Counted from the first letter of the stretch, positions 10,506 through 23,877 are shown. The stretch: DNA of 64,000 nucleotides from an uncultured Acidobacteriota bacterium (GCA_963827655.1 CAWHCF010000053.1:1-64000); one strand, 5' to 3'. The notes: generated from the letters alone by a model not told the origin. Made by a program: numbers and translations.

Positions 10506-10527
10506 CGGCAATCTGGCCTGACCCGAA

Positions 10528-10920
10528 ATGAAAACGAGCAAAAAAATCAGGCGTGAAGCCAAGCAGCTGTTCCGGCTGTGTCTCGTCGATGGATCGCTGG
10601 ACGAGGGCAGGGTTCGGCAGGTGGTGCAACGAGTCCTGGAATCCAAGCGCCGGGGCTCCCTGGCTCTCGCGGCGCATTTTGAACGGTTGGTGAGACTCGA
10701 CCGCTCCCGCCGTACCGCCCAGGTGGAGAGCGCCGCGCCGTTGCCTCCGGACTTGCAGGCAAGCGTCCAAGCCGGTCTCGAGCGAATCTATGGACCGCGA
10801 ATAATCACCTCATTCGCACAGAGCCCGGCACTGATCGGGGGGATGCGCATTAAAGTCGGCAGTGATGTCTATGACGGAAGCATTAAGGCCGCGTTAGCCG
10901 CCCTGGAGAACAGCTTTTGA
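10528..10920 (+). CDS. atpH: F0F1 ATP synthase subunit delta (short, 130 aa)
   Basis: C-terminal LIGGMRIKVGSDVYDGS motif; lies between atpF and atpA. Confidence 0.9.
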   Translation: MKTSKKIRREAKQLFRLCLVDGSLDEGRVRQVVQRVLESKRRGSLALAAHFERLVRLDRSRRTAQVESAAPLPPDLQASVQAGLERIYGPRIITSFAQSPALIGGMRIKVGSDVYDGSIKAALAALENSF

Positions 10921-11098
10921 GTCACCGGCGCTACCGAAAGGGGACCTGGTTTCCCGATGGCCACTCGAGAAAGAGGATTTCAAAATATAGTGACAATCCG
11001 CGCGAGGGTCGTCGATTCCCGTGCGTGTGCAGGATCAGACCGAGCATGTAGAAGCGTCACCATAATTTGAGGTTCTCATCAATTGAGGGAAAAGATCG

Positions 11099-12631
11099 AT
11101 GGCTGACCTACTGCAGGAAATTGAAGCTCAAATCGCCGGAGCTAAAGCAAGTGCAGCAAAACACAATGTCGGTGTGATTCGCGAAATCGGTGACGGCGTC
11201 GCACGAATTGAAGGCCTGGCCGATGCGATGCTCAACGAGATGATCGACCTCGGCAACGGCATCACGGGCCTCGCACTGAATCTCGATGAAACCGAAGTCG
11301 GCGTGGTCGTTCTAGGCGACTACACCCTGCTCAAGGAAGGTGACGAGGTCCGCTGCACGGGAAAGCTGCTTCAGGTGCCCGTCGGCAAGGGTCTGCTGGG
11401 ACGCGTCGTGAATACGTTGGGAGAACCCGTGGACGGCAAGGGGCCGGTCAAAAGCGACATCGCCTATCCGGTCGAGAAGGTCGCTCCCGGTATCATCAAG
11501 CGCCGGCCTGTCAGACAGCCGGTGCAAACGGGCATCATGCCTATTGACGCGATGATTCCGATCGGCCGGGGCCAGCGCGAATTGATCATCGGTGATCGGT
11601 CGACGGGCAAGACGACCATCTGTATCGATACCATCATCAACCAGGCTCGTCTCAACACGGCCGCTGAGGCGGCCGGAGACAAAGACTATCGCCCGCTGTA
11701 CTGCATTTATGTTGCGATCGGCCAGAAGCAATCCAACATTGCCCGAATCATTGCGGTTCTCGAAGAGGCCGGGGCAATGCCTTACACCATCATCCTTGCT
11801 TCCCCTGCTTCTGATTCGGCCACGAACCAGTATCTGGCGCCATTCGCGGGCGCGGCCATGGGCGAGTGGTTCATGGACAATGGCATGGATGCATTGATTA
11901 TTTATGATGATCTGTCCAAACACGCCGTGGCCTACCGCCAGGTCTGCCTGTTGTTGAAGCGGCCGTCGGGTCGTGAAGCTTATCCAGGCGACGTGTTTTA
12001 CCTCCATAGCCGATTGCTCGAACGGGCGGCGCGCGTGGGAGAAAAATATGGCAACGGATCACTCACGGCGCTGCCCATTATTGAAACGCAGGCGGGAGAT
12101 GTTTCAGCTTACATCCCCACCAATGTCATTTCGATCACGGACGGACAAATCTATTTAGAAACCGATTTGTTCTACCAGGGCGTCCGCCCGGCTATTTCGG
12201 TCGGCCTGTCGGTTTCCCGGGTCGGTTCGGCGGCGCAGCTCAAAGCCATGAAGCAAGTCGCCGGGCAGCTGAAGGGCGACCTCGCTCAATTTCGGGAACT
12301 GGCTGCGTTCGCGCAATTCGGTTCGGAACTGGACGCCAGGACGCAGGCGCAGATCGATCGCGGCAAGCGGATCATGGAGATCTTCAAGCAGTCCCAGTAC
12401 AATCCGATTCCCGTTGAGGTCCAGGTAGCGGTGATCTGGGCCGTCCAGAACAAGTATCTGGATGATGTGCCGGTGGACCGGGTCAAGGATTACCAGGCCA
12501 AGCTGACGGATTTTCTGACCACGCGCAAGGCGGAACTGCTCCGGAAAATCGCACACGAGAAGGCCCTCAGCGACGCCTTAACAGCCGAGTTGAAGGCCGC
12601 GGCCGACGAGTTCAAACAGACCTGGAAATGA
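11099..12631 (+). CDS. atpA: F0F1 ATP synthase subunit alpha
   Basis: [38 protein letters not shown] and [13 protein letters not shown] motifs. Confidence 0.98.
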   Translation: MADLLQEIEAQIAGAKASAAKHNVGVIREIGDGVARIEGLADAMLNEMIDLGNGITGLALNLDETEVGVVVLGDYTLLKEGDEVRCTGKLLQVPVGKGLLGRVVNTLGEPVDGKGPVKSDIAYPVEKVAPGIIKRRPVRQPVQTGIMPIDAMIPIGRGQRELIIGDRSTGKTTICIDTIINQARLNTAAEAAGDKDYRPLYCIYVAIGQKQSNIARIIAVLEEAGAMPYTIILASPASDSATNQYLAPFAGAAMGEWFMDNGMDALIIYDDLSKHAVAYRQVCLLLKRPSGREAYPGDVFYLHSRLLERAARVGEKYGNGSLTALPIIETQAGDVSAYIPTNVISITDGQIYLETDLFYQGVRPAISVGLSVSRVGSAAQLKAMKQVAGQLKGDLAQFRELAAFAQFGSELDARTQAQIDRGKRIMEIFKQSQYNPIPVEVQVAVIWAVQNKYLDDVPVDRVKDYQAKLTDFLTTRKAELLRKIAHEKALSDALTAELKAAADEFKQTWK

Positions 12632-12746
12632 AGGCCGCATCGACACCGCCCCAGATCCGCGCGCCAGTTTTCGGCGTTTCGGATTTCGTCCTTCGGGTCC
12701 GCGGATTTCTGGCGGACTTGGAAATTCAGGCTTCGGAGTTTTGATC

Positions 12747-13613
12747 ATGGCCAGCAGCCGCGAAATACGGCGCCGCATCAGGTCAGTCAGCAGTACAGCC
12801 CAGATAACCAACGCAATGCAAATGGTGGCCGCCTCGAAGATGCGCAAGGCCCAACAGGCCGCCCTCGCCGGGCGTCCTTTTGTGCACCTGTTGTACCGTA
12901 TCCAGCGCGAGGCGACAACCCGGATGGGCGAATTCAGCCATCCGCTGCTGGAAGTGCGCGAAGTACGCAAACGCGCGGTGATCCTGGTGGCCGCGGATAA
13001 GGGATTATGCGGGGCTCTCAACAGCAACGTGTTTCGCCTGGCAGCCGAGTTTGATCCCCAGTCAACGGTTTTCATCACGGCCGGACGTAAAGCCGCGCAG
13101 TTCGTCGCCGCCACTCGCCGGCAGCTGGTTGCCGAGTTTGCGTACGGCGACGAGCCTCGATTCCCCGAAGCCAGAGCCATTGCCGCCTTCGCCCGCGATC
13201 TTTTTTTGAACAAGGAGGTGGACGAGGTCCGGATTGTGGCGACTCGTTTCGTCAACACGCTTACGCAGCAGCGCGTTTCCATGGAGTTTCTGCCGGTGGG
13301 CGAAATCACCGGGATGAAGATCCCGGGCGCGGAACCCGAAGCCGAACTGGCGGCCGACACCAGTGAGATCCTGTTTGAACCCAGCCCGGAGGCAGTCATG
13401 AGCTATCTCCTGTCGCATTATCTCAACATTTATATTTATCAGGTCTTGCTGAACGCCAAAGCCAGTGAACAAAGCGCCCGCATGGTGTCGATGAAGAACG
13501 CCACGGATAATGCCCAGAGTCTGATCAAGGACTTGAACCTCGAATACAACAAGCTGCGCCAAGGCAGCATCACACAGGAGTTGCTGGAAATAGCCGGCGG
13601 CCAGTCCGCCTGA
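12747..13613 (+). CDS. atpG: F0F1 ATP synthase subunit gamma
   Basis: QITNAMQMVAASK, DKGLCG, SEQSARMVSM and RQGSITQEL motifs. Confidence 0.97.
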   Translation: MASSREIRRRIRSVSSTAQITNAMQMVAASKMRKAQQAALAGRPFVHLLYRIQREATTRMGEFSHPLLEVREVRKRAVILVAADKGLCGALNSNVFRLAAEFDPQSTVFITAGRKAAQFVAATRRQLVAEFAYGDEPRFPEARAIAAFARDLFLNKEVDEVRIVATRFVNTLTQQRVSMEFLPVGEITGMKIPGAEPEAELAADTSEILFEPSPEAVMSYLLSHYLNIYIYQVLLNAKASEQSARMVSMKNATDNAQSLIKDLNLEYNKLRQGSITQELLEIAGGQSA

Positions 13614-13644
13614 TCCAGGATTATTTTGGCAACCAATCCATTGA

Positions 13645-15063
<1,419 letters not shown>

Positions 15064-15117
15064 GAGTGTTGAGGGATAAAGCTCGATAGCCCGGCACGCA
15101 ACCCACACGGTCAAAAC

Positions 15118-15528
15118 ATGGCCAACACTTTAAAATTGGAAATCATCACGCCGGACGCAGTGGTTTACTCTGAAGATGTGGAGATGGTTACGCTGCCGGG
15201 GGTAGAGGGCCAGCTGGGGATTCTTCCGCAGCACATCCGGCTGATGACGCAAATGGTGCCGGGCGAAATGATTGTGCGCAAAAGCGGTCACGACGATTTT
15301 TTCGCCGTGGGCGAGGGGCTCATCGAAATCACGGGCGAACGCGTGTCCATCCTTACCGATATGGCTATTGCTGCGGACAAAATCGACGAAGCCAAGGTCG
15401 AAGAAGCGCGTCAACGCGCCGAAGCCCGGCTCCGGGAAAAGATTTCTGACGAAGAAGTGGCTTCCGTCAATGCTGCTCTGGCTCACTCGTTAGCGCAGTT
15501 GCACGTCAAGCGACGCCGCCAGCGTTGA
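15118..15528 (+). CDS. atpC: F0F1 ATP synthase subunit epsilon
   Basis: LEIITPD and EGQLGILPQH motifs, with a C-terminal helical hairpin. Confidence 0.95.
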   Translation: MANTLKLEIITPDAVVYSEDVEMVTLPGVEGQLGILPQHIRLMTQMVPGEMIVRKSGHDDFFAVGEGLIEITGERVSILTDMAIAADKIDEAKVEEARQRAEARLREKISDEEVASVNAALAHSLAQLHVKRRRQR

Positions 15529-15581
15529 TCCGAGTCGTCCGCTATGAACTTACGATTTGCGCTCCCATGCACGGGTCTGAT

Positions 15582-15864
15582 GACGCTGTCGCAAAACTCG
15601 CCCGGTTCATGTGCGGACGGGCTATCAAGCCCGTCCGGCCCCCTGGTGGCACAAATGAACTCTCTTAAGGCTGAGTCCTCCCGATCACGTTACTTGCGAC
15701 GGGTCCAATGGCCCGTCGCCACAGAAGGCTCGGAAAGTCGCTAAGCCACTGGCCAGGGGTCGCGGCTGAGTTTTGCGACAGCCTCGGATGACCCGTCGCC
15801 ACACGGCACTCAGAAAGTGTCCAAGCTACCCGCCTTCGGAAGATCTGAATTTTGCAACAGTCTC
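15582..15864. mobile_element. Non-autonomous MITE(s) with IS5/IS1182-like ends, inserted in a REP palindrome
   Basis: Left end gacgctgtcgcaaaactc (15582-15599). Matching right ends gagttttgcgacagcctc (15768-15785) and gaattttgcaacagtctc (15847-15864). Flanked by TGAT on both sides. An uninterrupted version of the flanking sequence lies at ~35115-35230. Confidence 0.7.
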
Positions 15865-15999
15865 TGATGACCGCGCCACAGACCCAATTTTTTCACATCT
15901 TCTTAAGGCCGGGGAAACCGTGTCCCACAATCATGAGCACCGAAGGTGCGGCAACGAATTGGAACTATTAAGAAACTATTCAGCAACGGAGGAGAACCC

Positions 16000-18414
16000 A
16001 TGGCACGTGCAGTTACTGATGAGAAAGTGACAAAAGCGAAAGCTACCCGCACAGGCGCCGCGCTTTCGCCTGCGGAGCTCAGCAAGATGGACGCCTATTG
16101 GCGGGCCTGCAATTATCTGGCTGCCGGCATGATCTATTTGCGCGCCAATCCTCTGCTGCGCCAGCCCTTGAAGGCAGAGCACATCAAACCGCGCCTGCTG
16201 GGCCACTGGGGAGCCAGTCCCGGATTGAGCTTCACTTATGTTCATCTGAATCGCCTGATCAACAAGTACGACCTCGACGCTATCTTTCTGGCCGGCCCCG
16301 GACACGGTGCGCCCGGCGTGCTGGCGCCTGTTTATCTGGAAGGTGCCTACTCCGAGGTCTATCCGAACAAGGGCGAGGACGAGGAGGGATTGCTTGAGTT
16401 CTTCAAGGAATTCTCCTTCCCCGGCGGCATCGGCAGCCACTGCACGCCGGAGACCCCGGGTTCGATACACGAGGGAGGAGAGCTGGGTTACAGTGTCTCG
16501 CACGCCTTCGGCGTCGCCTTCGATAATCCGGACCTGCTGGTGGCGGTGGTGGTGGGCGACGGCGAAGCGGAGACCGGCCCGCTGGCCACCTCCTGGCATT
16601 CCAACAAGTTCCTGAGCCCAGTCCGCGACGGCGCGGTTCTGCCGATTCTGCATCTCAACGGTTATAAGATTAATAACCCCACATTGCTGTCACGGATCTC
16701 TCATGAGGAGCTGGAGAACCTGTTCAAGGGTTACGGCTGGACGCCGCATTTTGTGGAAGGGGACGATCCGGACTTGATGCACCAGAAGATGGCCGCGACC
16801 CTGGAGGAGTGCGTCCTGGCGATTCGCCGGATCCAGAAAGAGGCGCGGGCCAGCGACGAGGCCGTCCGGCCTCGCTGGCCCATGATTGTGCTGCGCAGTC
16901 CCAAGGGCTGGACGGGTCCCAAGGAAGTAGACGGCCACAAGGTGGAAGGTTTCTGGCGGGCCCACCAGGTGCCGCTTTCGGGTATGCACAACAACCCGGC
17001 TCATCTGAAGCAGCTGGAGGACTGGCTACGCAGCTACAAGCCCGAAGAGCTGTTCGACAAAAGCGGCCGGCTGATCCCGGAACTGAAGGCGCTCGCCCCC
17101 AAGGGACTGCGGCGCATGGGAGCCAGTCCCCACGCCAATGGGGGTTTGCTGCGGAAGCCACTGCGGATGCCCGATTTCCGCAACTATGCCATCAAAGTAG
17201 AGAAACCGGCGCAGGCCTCGGCTGAGAACACCCGTCCCCTGGGCCGCTTCCTGCGGGACATTATGCGCCAGAACCCAGCGAACTTCCGGGTCTTCGGCCC
17301 CGACGAAAACAGCTCGAACCGGCTCGACGCGATCTACGAGGTGAGCAAGAAACTGTGGCTGGCCGACTATCTTCCAGAGGACGCTGACGGCGGCGAGCTG
17401 TCGCGCGACGGGCGGGTCCTGGAGATGCTTTCCGAGCACACTCTGGAGGGTTGGCTCGAAAGCTATCTGCTCAGCGGCCGCCATGGCTTCTTCTCGACCT
17501 ACGAGGCCTTTGTTCACGTCATTGATTCGATGTTCAACCAGCACGCCAAGTGGCTTGGCATCGCTCGCGAGCTGTCCTGGCGGGCGCCCGTGTCTTCGCT
17601 CAACCTGCTGATTACGTCCACTGTGTGGCGCCAGGACCACAACGGCTTCACCCACCAGGATCCCGGCTTTCTCGACGTGGTGGTGAACAAGAGTCCGGAT
17701 GTATGTCGCATCTACTTGCCGCCCGATGTGAACTCTCTGCTCTCCGTGGCGGACCACTGTCTGAGGAGCACGGGTTATATCAATGTCATCGTTTGCGACA
17801 AGCAGAAGCACCTGCAGTATCTGAGCATCGACGATGCCATCGCGCATTGTACCAAGGGCATCAGCATCTGGCGTCAGGCGAGCAACGACGAAGGTACCGA
17901 GCCCGACGTGGTGATGGCCTGTGCCGGCGACATTCCCACCAAGGAGGCGCTGGCGGCCGTGGTAATGCTGCGAGAATATTTCCCCAATCTCAAGATCCGC
18001 TTCGTCAATGTCGTGGACCTTTACAAACTCGTTCCTTCGAGCGAGCACCCTCACGGTCTCTCGGACCGGGATTTTGACAGTCTGTTCACCGTGGACAAGC
18101 CGGTCATCTTCAACTTTCACGGTTATCCGTGGCTGATCCATCGTCTGGTTTACCGGCGCACCAATCACAAGAACATGCATGTGCGCGGCTACAAAGAGAA
18201 AGGCAACATCAACACGCCGCTCGATCTGGCCATTCAGAATCAGATCGATCGATTCAGCCTGGCGATCGACGTCATCGACCGCGTGCCGGGCCTGCAGGTT
18301 TCCGGCGCTCACGCCAAGGAGAAATTGCGAAATATGCAGATCGAGTGCCAGAACTACGCCTACGAGCACGGGATCGACAAGCCGGAGGTCGATCAATGGA
18401 AGTGGCCCTACTGA
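16000..18414 (+). CDS. xfp: Xylulose-5-phosphate/fructose-6-phosphate phosphoketolase
   Basis: [14 protein letters not shown], ThDP motif GDGEAETG...N and [22 protein letters not shown] before the ATG at 16000. Confidence 0.97.
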   Translation: MARAVTDEKVTKAKATRTGAALSPAELSKMDAYWRACNYLAAGMIYLRANPLLRQPLKAEHIKPRLLGHWGASPGLSFTYVHLNRLINKYDLDAIFLAGPGHGAPGVLAPVYLEGAYSEVYPNKGEDEEGLLEFFKEFSFPGGIGSHCTPETPGSIHEGGELGYSVSHAFGVAFDNPDLLVAVVVGDGEAETGPLATSWHSNKFLSPVRDGAVLPILHLNGYKINNPTLLSRISHEELENLFKGYGWTPHFVEGDDPDLMHQKMAATLEECVLAIRRIQKEARASDEAVRPRWPMIVLRSPKGWTGPKEVDGHKVEGFWRAHQVPLSGMHNNPAHLKQLEDWLRSYKPEELFDKSGRLIPELKALAPKGLRRMGASPHANGGLLRKPLRMPDFRNYAIKVEKPAQASAENTRPLGRFLRDIMRQNPANFRVFGPDENSSNRLDAIYEVSKKLWLADYLPEDADGGELSRDGRVLEMLSEHTLEGWLESYLLSGRHGFFSTYEAFVHVIDSMFNQHAKWLGIARELSWRAPVSSLNLLITSTVWRQDHNGFTHQDPGFLDVVVNKSPDVCRIYLPPDVNSLLSVADHCLRSTGYINVIVCDKQKHLQYLSIDDAIAHCTKGISIWRQASNDEGTEPDVVMACAGDIPTKEALAAVVMLREYFPNLKIRFVNVVDLYKLVPSSEHPHGLSDRDFDSLFTVDKPVIFNFHGYPWLIHRLVYRRTNHKNMHVRGYKEKGNINTPLDLAIQNQIDRFSLAIDVIDRVPGLQVSGAHAKEKLRNMQIECQNYAYEHGIDKPEVDQWKWPY

Positions 18415-18611
18415 TCCAACGTTCGAAGGACACACGATTGAACGGTGGAGGAGCACGGAGTGGCAAGCGGCTGACGTCAGATCCTGGGATTCGATCGCGC
18501 GTAACCGATCGAGTGAGCTAATCTGAAGGACACTGGTGCAGGATTCGGTCGCGCTCGGGCTGCCGAGACTCGCCAGGTGAAGATGTAACAAGTTCAGAAA
18601 GGAACAATCCA

Positions 18612-19030
18612 ATGAGCGCAAAGAGTGCGATCACCACACCGAAATCAGCCGAACCTGCCAACATTTCGGAACTCCTCAAGCAGTACGCGTCCGGCCCGAT
18701 CCAGTTCGCGGGGACGGACAACGCGCTCTACGAACGCCATCTTACCTTCGACACCGTCGTTGATTTGAAGAATGCGGGGCCGCGCGAGCGTTTTGAGGCC
18801 TTCGCCCACTCCGTGCGGGACATCCTCTCGCAGCGCTGGGTGCATACGGAGAACACTTACCGGCAGCAGAACCCAAAGCGCGTTTACTACCTGTCGATGG
18901 AGTTTCTCATTGGCCGCTCACTGGCCAACAACGTCACCAACCTGCGGCTCGACCCCCTCGCGCAGCAGGCGGTGGCGCAGAAAAATCTGAATTGGCTCGA
19001 GTTGACGTTTAGAACGAGCCCGAGGCGGAC
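18612..19030 (+). pseudogene. glgP: Glycogen/alpha-glucan phosphorylase, 5' fragment only
   Basis: KRVYYLSMEFLIGRSLANN is the phosphorylase N-terminal motif. Similarity ends after ~131-138 codons, just before the expected GLGNGGLGRLA, where a REP copy begins. Confidence 0.85.
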
Positions 19031-19038
19031 CAGTCGGA

Positions 19039-19138
19039 GTGCCGGTCCTTATAGTGGTCTTGGACCTCGGAATCGAGGTCCGTGCATTCCCCGCCCTCAC
19101 GGGCGGGCTATTGCTGCCGGGCCTTCGGCCCTGGTTAA
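19039..19138. repeat. REP-like element family A, partial copy at the glgP breakpoint
   Basis: cgccctcacgggcgggctattgctgccgggccttcggccctggttaa nearly matches positions 152-200. Confidence 0.75.
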
Positions 19139-19268
19139 CGGCACCGAGCTTCTGTGCCTGTAAAATGTCCAAACTCCAGGGCGCAAGCAAGCTTCACCAT
19201 CCCCGCCCGTCACGGCCTAGGCCGGGCAGGGCCGCCGACCATTTGCCGGCTGATGTCGCCTAGAAAGG

Positions 19269-20954
19269 ATGAAACAGATGGCAATCTCCCCGCTCGCCGG
19301 CAAGCCGGCCACCAAGGAAATGCTGGTGGACCTGACCCGGCTCGAACGCGAGTATCATGCGCGCCTGCCCGACATGGATGACCCCAATCAACGGGTTATC
19401 TTCGGCACCAGCGGACACCGGGGTTCCTCCCTGCGCGGCTCGTTCAACGAAGCCCATATCCTGGCCATCACGCAGGCCATCTGCGACTACCGGCGCGGCC
19501 AAGGCACTAACGGGCCGATCTACGTAGGAAAAGACACGCACGCGTTGTCCGCGCCAGCCCAGCGCACAGCGCTCGAGGTCCTGGCGGGGAACGGTGTTGA
19601 GACGTTGATCCAGCGTGACGACGGCTTCACTCCAACCCCTGCGGTCTCGCACGCAATTCTGACTTACAACCAGGGGCGGAGCCAGGGCCTGGCCGACGGC
19701 ATCGTGATTACGCCCTCGCATAACCCGCCGGAAGATGGCGGCTACAAGTACAACCCGCCTAACGGGGGCCCGGCCGACGCGGACGTCACATCGTGGGTCC
19801 AGGACCGGGCCAACGAACTCCTACGCTCCGGCAACCGTGAGGTCAGACGGGTAGGCTACGAGTCCGCTGTGAAGGCGGCGACGACACAGCCGCACGATTT
19901 TCTCATGCCTTATGTCAGGGACCTGACCAACGTGATCGATATCGAGTGTATCCGGTCCGCAGGCGTCCGGCTGGGCGTCGATCCGCTCGGTGGCGCCTCG
20001 GTCCATTACTGGGATCCCATCAAGGCTATCTATGGTCTCGATATTACGGTGGTCAACCCTAGCGTGGACCCGACCTTCAGTTTCATGACTCTGGATCATG
20101 ACGGGAAGATCAGGATGGATTGTTCCAGCCCGTATGCGATGGCCAGCCTGGTGAGGCTGAAGGATCAGTTCGAAGTTGCTGTCGCAAACGACACCGATGC
20201 CGACCGGCATGGCATTGTTACCGGTTCGATGGGATTGATGAACCCGAACCATTACCTCGCCGTGGCCATCCATTACCTTCTGACTCATCGCCCCCAATGG
20301 CCCGACAAAACTGTTGTCGGCAAGACCCTCGTCAGCAGTGGCCTCATCGACCGGGTCGTGGGAGCGCTCGGGCGCACCTTGTGCGAAGTTCCTGTCGGTT
20401 TCAAGTGGTTTGTCGAGGGGCTCTTCGACGGTTCGTACTGTTTTGGGGGCGAGGAAAGTGCCGGCGCGAGTTTCCTGCGACGGGACGGCACTACGTGGAC
20501 GACCGACAAGGACGGCCTCATCATGGACCTGCTGGCGGCGGAAATCACGGCCCGCACGGGCAAGGATCCGGGAGAGCACTACCGCGAACTGGCCGCGCAA
20601 CTCGGCACGCCCTACTACACGCGTATCGACGCGCCGGCGACGCCCGAGCAGAAAGCCAGGCTGCAGAAACTGTCGCCCGAGGCCGTCAGGGAATCCAGCC
20701 TTGCCGGGGAGCCCATCTTAGCCAAACTGACCCGGGCTCCAGGCAACAACGCTCCCATCGGAGGTCTGAAAGTCGTGGCTGCCAACGGCTGGTTCGCGGC
20801 CCGGCCCTCCGGCACAGAGAACATCTACAAAATCTACGCAGAGAGCTTCAGGGACGAGGCTCACCTCGACGCCATTGTGAGCGAGGCCAAGGAAATCGTG
20901 AGCAACGCGCTGAATTCATCTCACGCTCGGCGCGGGCAAGGAAAGAGGCCGTAA
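19269..20954 (+). CDS. pgm: Phosphoglucomutase (alpha-D-glucose-1,6-bisphosphate-dependent)
   Basis: [10 protein letters not shown], phospho-Ser loop TPSHNPP, metal loop [13 protein letters not shown] and RPSGTE. Confidence 0.96.
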   Translation: MKQMAISPLAGKPATKEMLVDLTRLEREYHARLPDMDDPNQRVIFGTSGHRGSSLRGSFNEAHILAITQAICDYRRGQGTNGPIYVGKDTHALSAPAQRTALEVLAGNGVETLIQRDDGFTPTPAVSHAILTYNQGRSQGLADGIVITPSHNPPEDGGYKYNPPNGGPADADVTSWVQDRANELLRSGNREVRRVGYESAVKAATTQPHDFLMPYVRDLTNVIDIECIRSAGVRLGVDPLGGASVHYWDPIKAIYGLDITVVNPSVDPTFSFMTLDHDGKIRMDCSSPYAMASLVRLKDQFEVAVANDTDADRHGIVTGSMGLMNPNHYLAVAIHYLLTHRPQWPDKTVVGKTLVSSGLIDRVVGALGRTLCEVPVGFKWFVEGLFDGSYCFGGEESAGASFLRRDGTTWTTDKDGLIMDLLAAEITARTGKDPGEHYRELAAQLGTPYYTRIDAPATPEQKARLQKLSPEAVRESSLAGEPILAKLTRAPGNNAPIGGLKVVAANGWFAARPSGTENIYKIYAESFRDEAHLDAIVSEAKEIVSNALNSSHARRGQGKRP

Positions 20955-22519
20955 TGAAAGACGACAGCCGGCCGATCAGGCTTCCCCCGTTCCCCGAGGA
21001 ATACCGCGCTTCCGGCGTGCTGCTGCACGTGACGTCGCTGCCCTCGCGCTATGGCATTGGTGATGTGGGGCCGGGCGCGCTGGCATGGATCGACTGCCTC
21101 CACGAAGCGGGTCAAAGCTGGTGGCAGGCGCTGCCGGTGGGTCCTACGGGGTACGGCGACTCGCCGTATCAAGCCCTGTCGTCGTTTGCCGGCAACGGAC
21201 TCCTGATGAGCCCGGACTGGCTGATCGAAGACGGTCTGTTGCGGGCAAACGACTGCCCAAGCCGCTCATTCCCGGCAACTGCGGTCGACTACGGCGCCGT
21301 CATCGCGTTCAAACATGGGTTGCTCGAAACGCTTTGGACCCGCTTCAGCTCCGGGGCGCGCCCGGACTTGCAGATCGCCTTTGAACAGTTCTGCCACGAC
21401 CAGGCGCACTGGCTGGACGACTACGCTCTGTTCCGAGCACTGAAGGCCAAGCACAACGGCGCCTATTATCTCGAGTGGCCTGCAGAACTGGTCCAGCGCG
21501 AACCGGCTGCACTGGCCGGAGCACGGCGAGACCTGGCCAACCTGACCGATGCGATTCGCTTGGCACAATTCTTGTTGTTCCGTCAGGGTCAACGCCTCAA
21601 GGAATATGCGCATGCCAAGGGCGTGCGTTTGATAGGGGACCTGCCCTTTTTTGTTTCCCCCGACTCGAGTGACGTGTGGGCCAATCCCGAGTTCTTTCTG
21701 CTGGACGAGCGGCGGAGGCCGCGTTTCGTCGCCGGTGTGCCACCCGACTACTTCAGCTCCCAGGGACAGCTGTGGGGCAACCCCGTCTATAACTGGGACG
21801 CCCTTCGACAAACCGGCTATCGTTGGTGCATTGACCGCCTGCGCGCCTTGCTGGCTCATGTGGACGTCATTCGCCTGGATCATTTTCGAGCGTTCGCAGC
21901 CGCCTGGCACGTACCTGCCCAGGCGCCGACTGCTCAAACTGGCCAGTGGGTGGCCGGTCCGGGCGCCGACTTCTTCGCGGCGGTACAAAGCGAGCTGGAC
22001 GCGCTGCCGTTCATCGCCGAGGATCTAGGGGTGATCACGCCTGACGTAAAAGCCCTCCTCGACCAGTTCCATCTGCCTGGGAACAGGGTTCTCCAATTCG
22101 CTTTCGACGGCTCTGCAGATAATCCGCACCTCCCTCACAACTATGTCTCGAACACGGTGGTTTACACCGGTACCCATGACAACCCCACGACTCGCGGTTG
22201 GTTTGAAGAACTGCCAAGCGGCCAACGTCATAACGTGTGGAGTTACATGAAGCGATACGCAGGCGAGAGCAGGGAGGTCGCCTGGGATCTGATCCGTCTG
22301 GCGTGGTTTTCACGGGCTGCGCTGGCGATCGTTCCACTGCAGGATCTGCTTAACCTGGGGGCGGAGGGTCGGATGAATCTGCCCGGGCGCGCCGAAGGGA
22401 ACTGGCGCTGGCGCTGCACAGAAGACATGCTGTTCGAGCCGGTCTTCCAGTGGCTTCGGTTTTTGACACAAACCTCGAACCGGCCAGGTGTTCTCGGCCG
22501 CCGGCGGAAGGTAATATGA
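20954..22519 (+). CDS. malQ: 4-alpha-glucanotransferase (amylomaltase, GH77)
   Basis: SGVLLHVTSLP, GVPPDYFS, RLDHFR, AEDLG and YTGTHDN motifs; TAATG overlap with the pgm stop. Confidence 0.95.
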   Translation: MKDDSRPIRLPPFPEEYRASGVLLHVTSLPSRYGIGDVGPGALAWIDCLHEAGQSWWQALPVGPTGYGDSPYQALSSFAGNGLLMSPDWLIEDGLLRANDCPSRSFPATAVDYGAVIAFKHGLLETLWTRFSSGARPDLQIAFEQFCHDQAHWLDDYALFRALKAKHNGAYYLEWPAELVQREPAALAGARRDLANLTDAIRLAQFLLFRQGQRLKEYAHAKGVRLIGDLPFFVSPDSSDVWANPEFFLLDERRRPRFVAGVPPDYFSSQGQLWGNPVYNWDALRQTGYRWCIDRLRALLAHVDVIRLDHFRAFAAAWHVPAQAPTAQTGQWVAGPGADFFAAVQSELDALPFIAEDLGVITPDVKALLDQFHLPGNRVLQFAFDGSADNPHLPHNYVSNTVVYTGTHDNPTTRGWFEELPSGQRHNVWSYMKRYAGESREVAWDLIRLAWFSRAALAIVPLQDLLNLGAEGRMNLPGRAEGNWRWRCTEDMLFEPVFQWLRFLTQTSNRPGVLGRRRKVI

Positions 22520-22608
22520 TGGAGACGCATCAGCGACCTGCCTGACTATGCCCGCTGGGGAAAGAGAATGAGGCAGAAATCGATTCACTTCTTTCCGGAG
22601 GTTGCACG

Positions 22609-23694
22609 ATGAAAGCAACTCAATTGCTCAACAATCTGGGCCAGAGTCTCTGGCTCGACAACATCACCCGCGACCTGCTGACGAGCGGCACGCTCAAGCA
22701 CTATATTGACGAGCTCTCGGTGACGGGCTTGACCTCGAACCCGACGATCTTCGAGAATGCTATCAAGAAGAGTACTGCCTACGATGACTCGATTCGCCAG
22801 AAGCTCGAGCAGAACAAGTCGGGCGAAGAACTCTTCTTTGAACTGGCTCTCGAGGACCTCACCCAGGCCGCAGACCTGTTTCGACCCATCCATGATCGGA
22901 CGAATGGCGTGGACGGCTGGGTCTCCCTGGAGGTGTCACCCCTGCTGGCCTACGACACGACCCGCACCATCGCGGCGGCTAAAGAACTGTACGCGCGCGC
23001 GGGTCGACCGAACCTCTTCATCAAGATTCCCGGCACGAAGGAAGGGCTACCGGCCATCGAAGAGGCCATCTTTGCCGGCGTGCCGGTTAACGTGACCCTC
23101 TTGTTCTCGCGCGAGCATTACCTGGCGGCTGCCGACGCATTCCTGCGCGGCATCGAGCGACGCATCGAGGCTGGTCTCAAGCCAGGCGTGGGTTCTGTAG
23201 CGTCCGTGTTCGTCAGCCGGTGGGACGGCGCAATCATGGGGAAGGTACCGGACGCGCTGCGTAATCGGCTAGGTATTGCGATCGCCGCCCGAACCTACAA
23301 GGCCGCCCGCGGCTTGCTCAGCTCGCCCCGGTGGCACCGCGTCTACGGCAGCGGAGTCTGGCCGCAACGGCTGCTCTGGGCCAGCACCGGAACCAAGGAC
23401 CCGCTGGCCTCCGACGTCCTGTACATCAAAACCCTCGCCGCGCCTTTCACCGTGAACACCATGCCCGAGGGCACGCTGAAAGCCCTCGCCAAGCAGAGCA
23501 AGCTCGGCGAGATCATGTCACCGGACGGTGGTGATTGCGAGGAGGTGCTGGCCCAGTTTGCCGCGGCGGGCATCGACATCGATGCCCTGGCTGCCCAGCT
23601 TCAGGAGCAAGGAGCCAAGTCGTTCGTCAACTCCTGGAACGAGTTGATGGCGGTCATCGCTTCCAAGGCCGCCAAGCTCGCGAAGGCAGGCTGA
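22609..23694 (+). CDS. tal: Transaldolase (long type)
   Basis: GQSLWLD, GLTSNPTIF, catalytic Lys in FIKIP, NVTLLFS and LLWASTGTK. Confidence 0.95.
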   Translation: MKATQLLNNLGQSLWLDNITRDLLTSGTLKHYIDELSVTGLTSNPTIFENAIKKSTAYDDSIRQKLEQNKSGEELFFELALEDLTQAADLFRPIHDRTNGVDGWVSLEVSPLLAYDTTRTIAAAKELYARAGRPNLFIKIPGTKEGLPAIEEAIFAGVPVNVTLLFSREHYLAAADAFLRGIERRIEAGLKPGVGSVASVFVSRWDGAIMGKVPDALRNRLGIAIAARTYKAARGLLSSPRWHRVYGSGVWPQRLLWASTGTKDPLASDVLYIKTLAAPFTVNTMPEGTLKALAKQSKLGEIMSPDGGDCEEVLAQFAAAGIDIDALAAQLQEQGAKSFVNSWNELMAVIASKAAKLAKAG

Positions 23695-23877
23695 GGCTGG
23701 AGGGCCAGGCGATGGGCAGAGGTTTGGCGGCACTGGAAGCAACCCGCTGGGCCAGAAGAGGCAACGCCATTTTGGCCAGTTTGAAACGTGCTTCCCGGGG
23801 TTTCCGGCTTCTTGGGTTTTCATCTTCGGTGAGAAAAGGGAGTCGGCAGAATACTCTTCGTGATAAGGCGGTTACCC

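Noticed and set aside
20120-20953. Apparent 799-aa MalQ with a long N-terminal extension
   Set aside because: The extension overlaps pgm in another frame. The real start is the ATG at 20954, coupled to the pgm stop.
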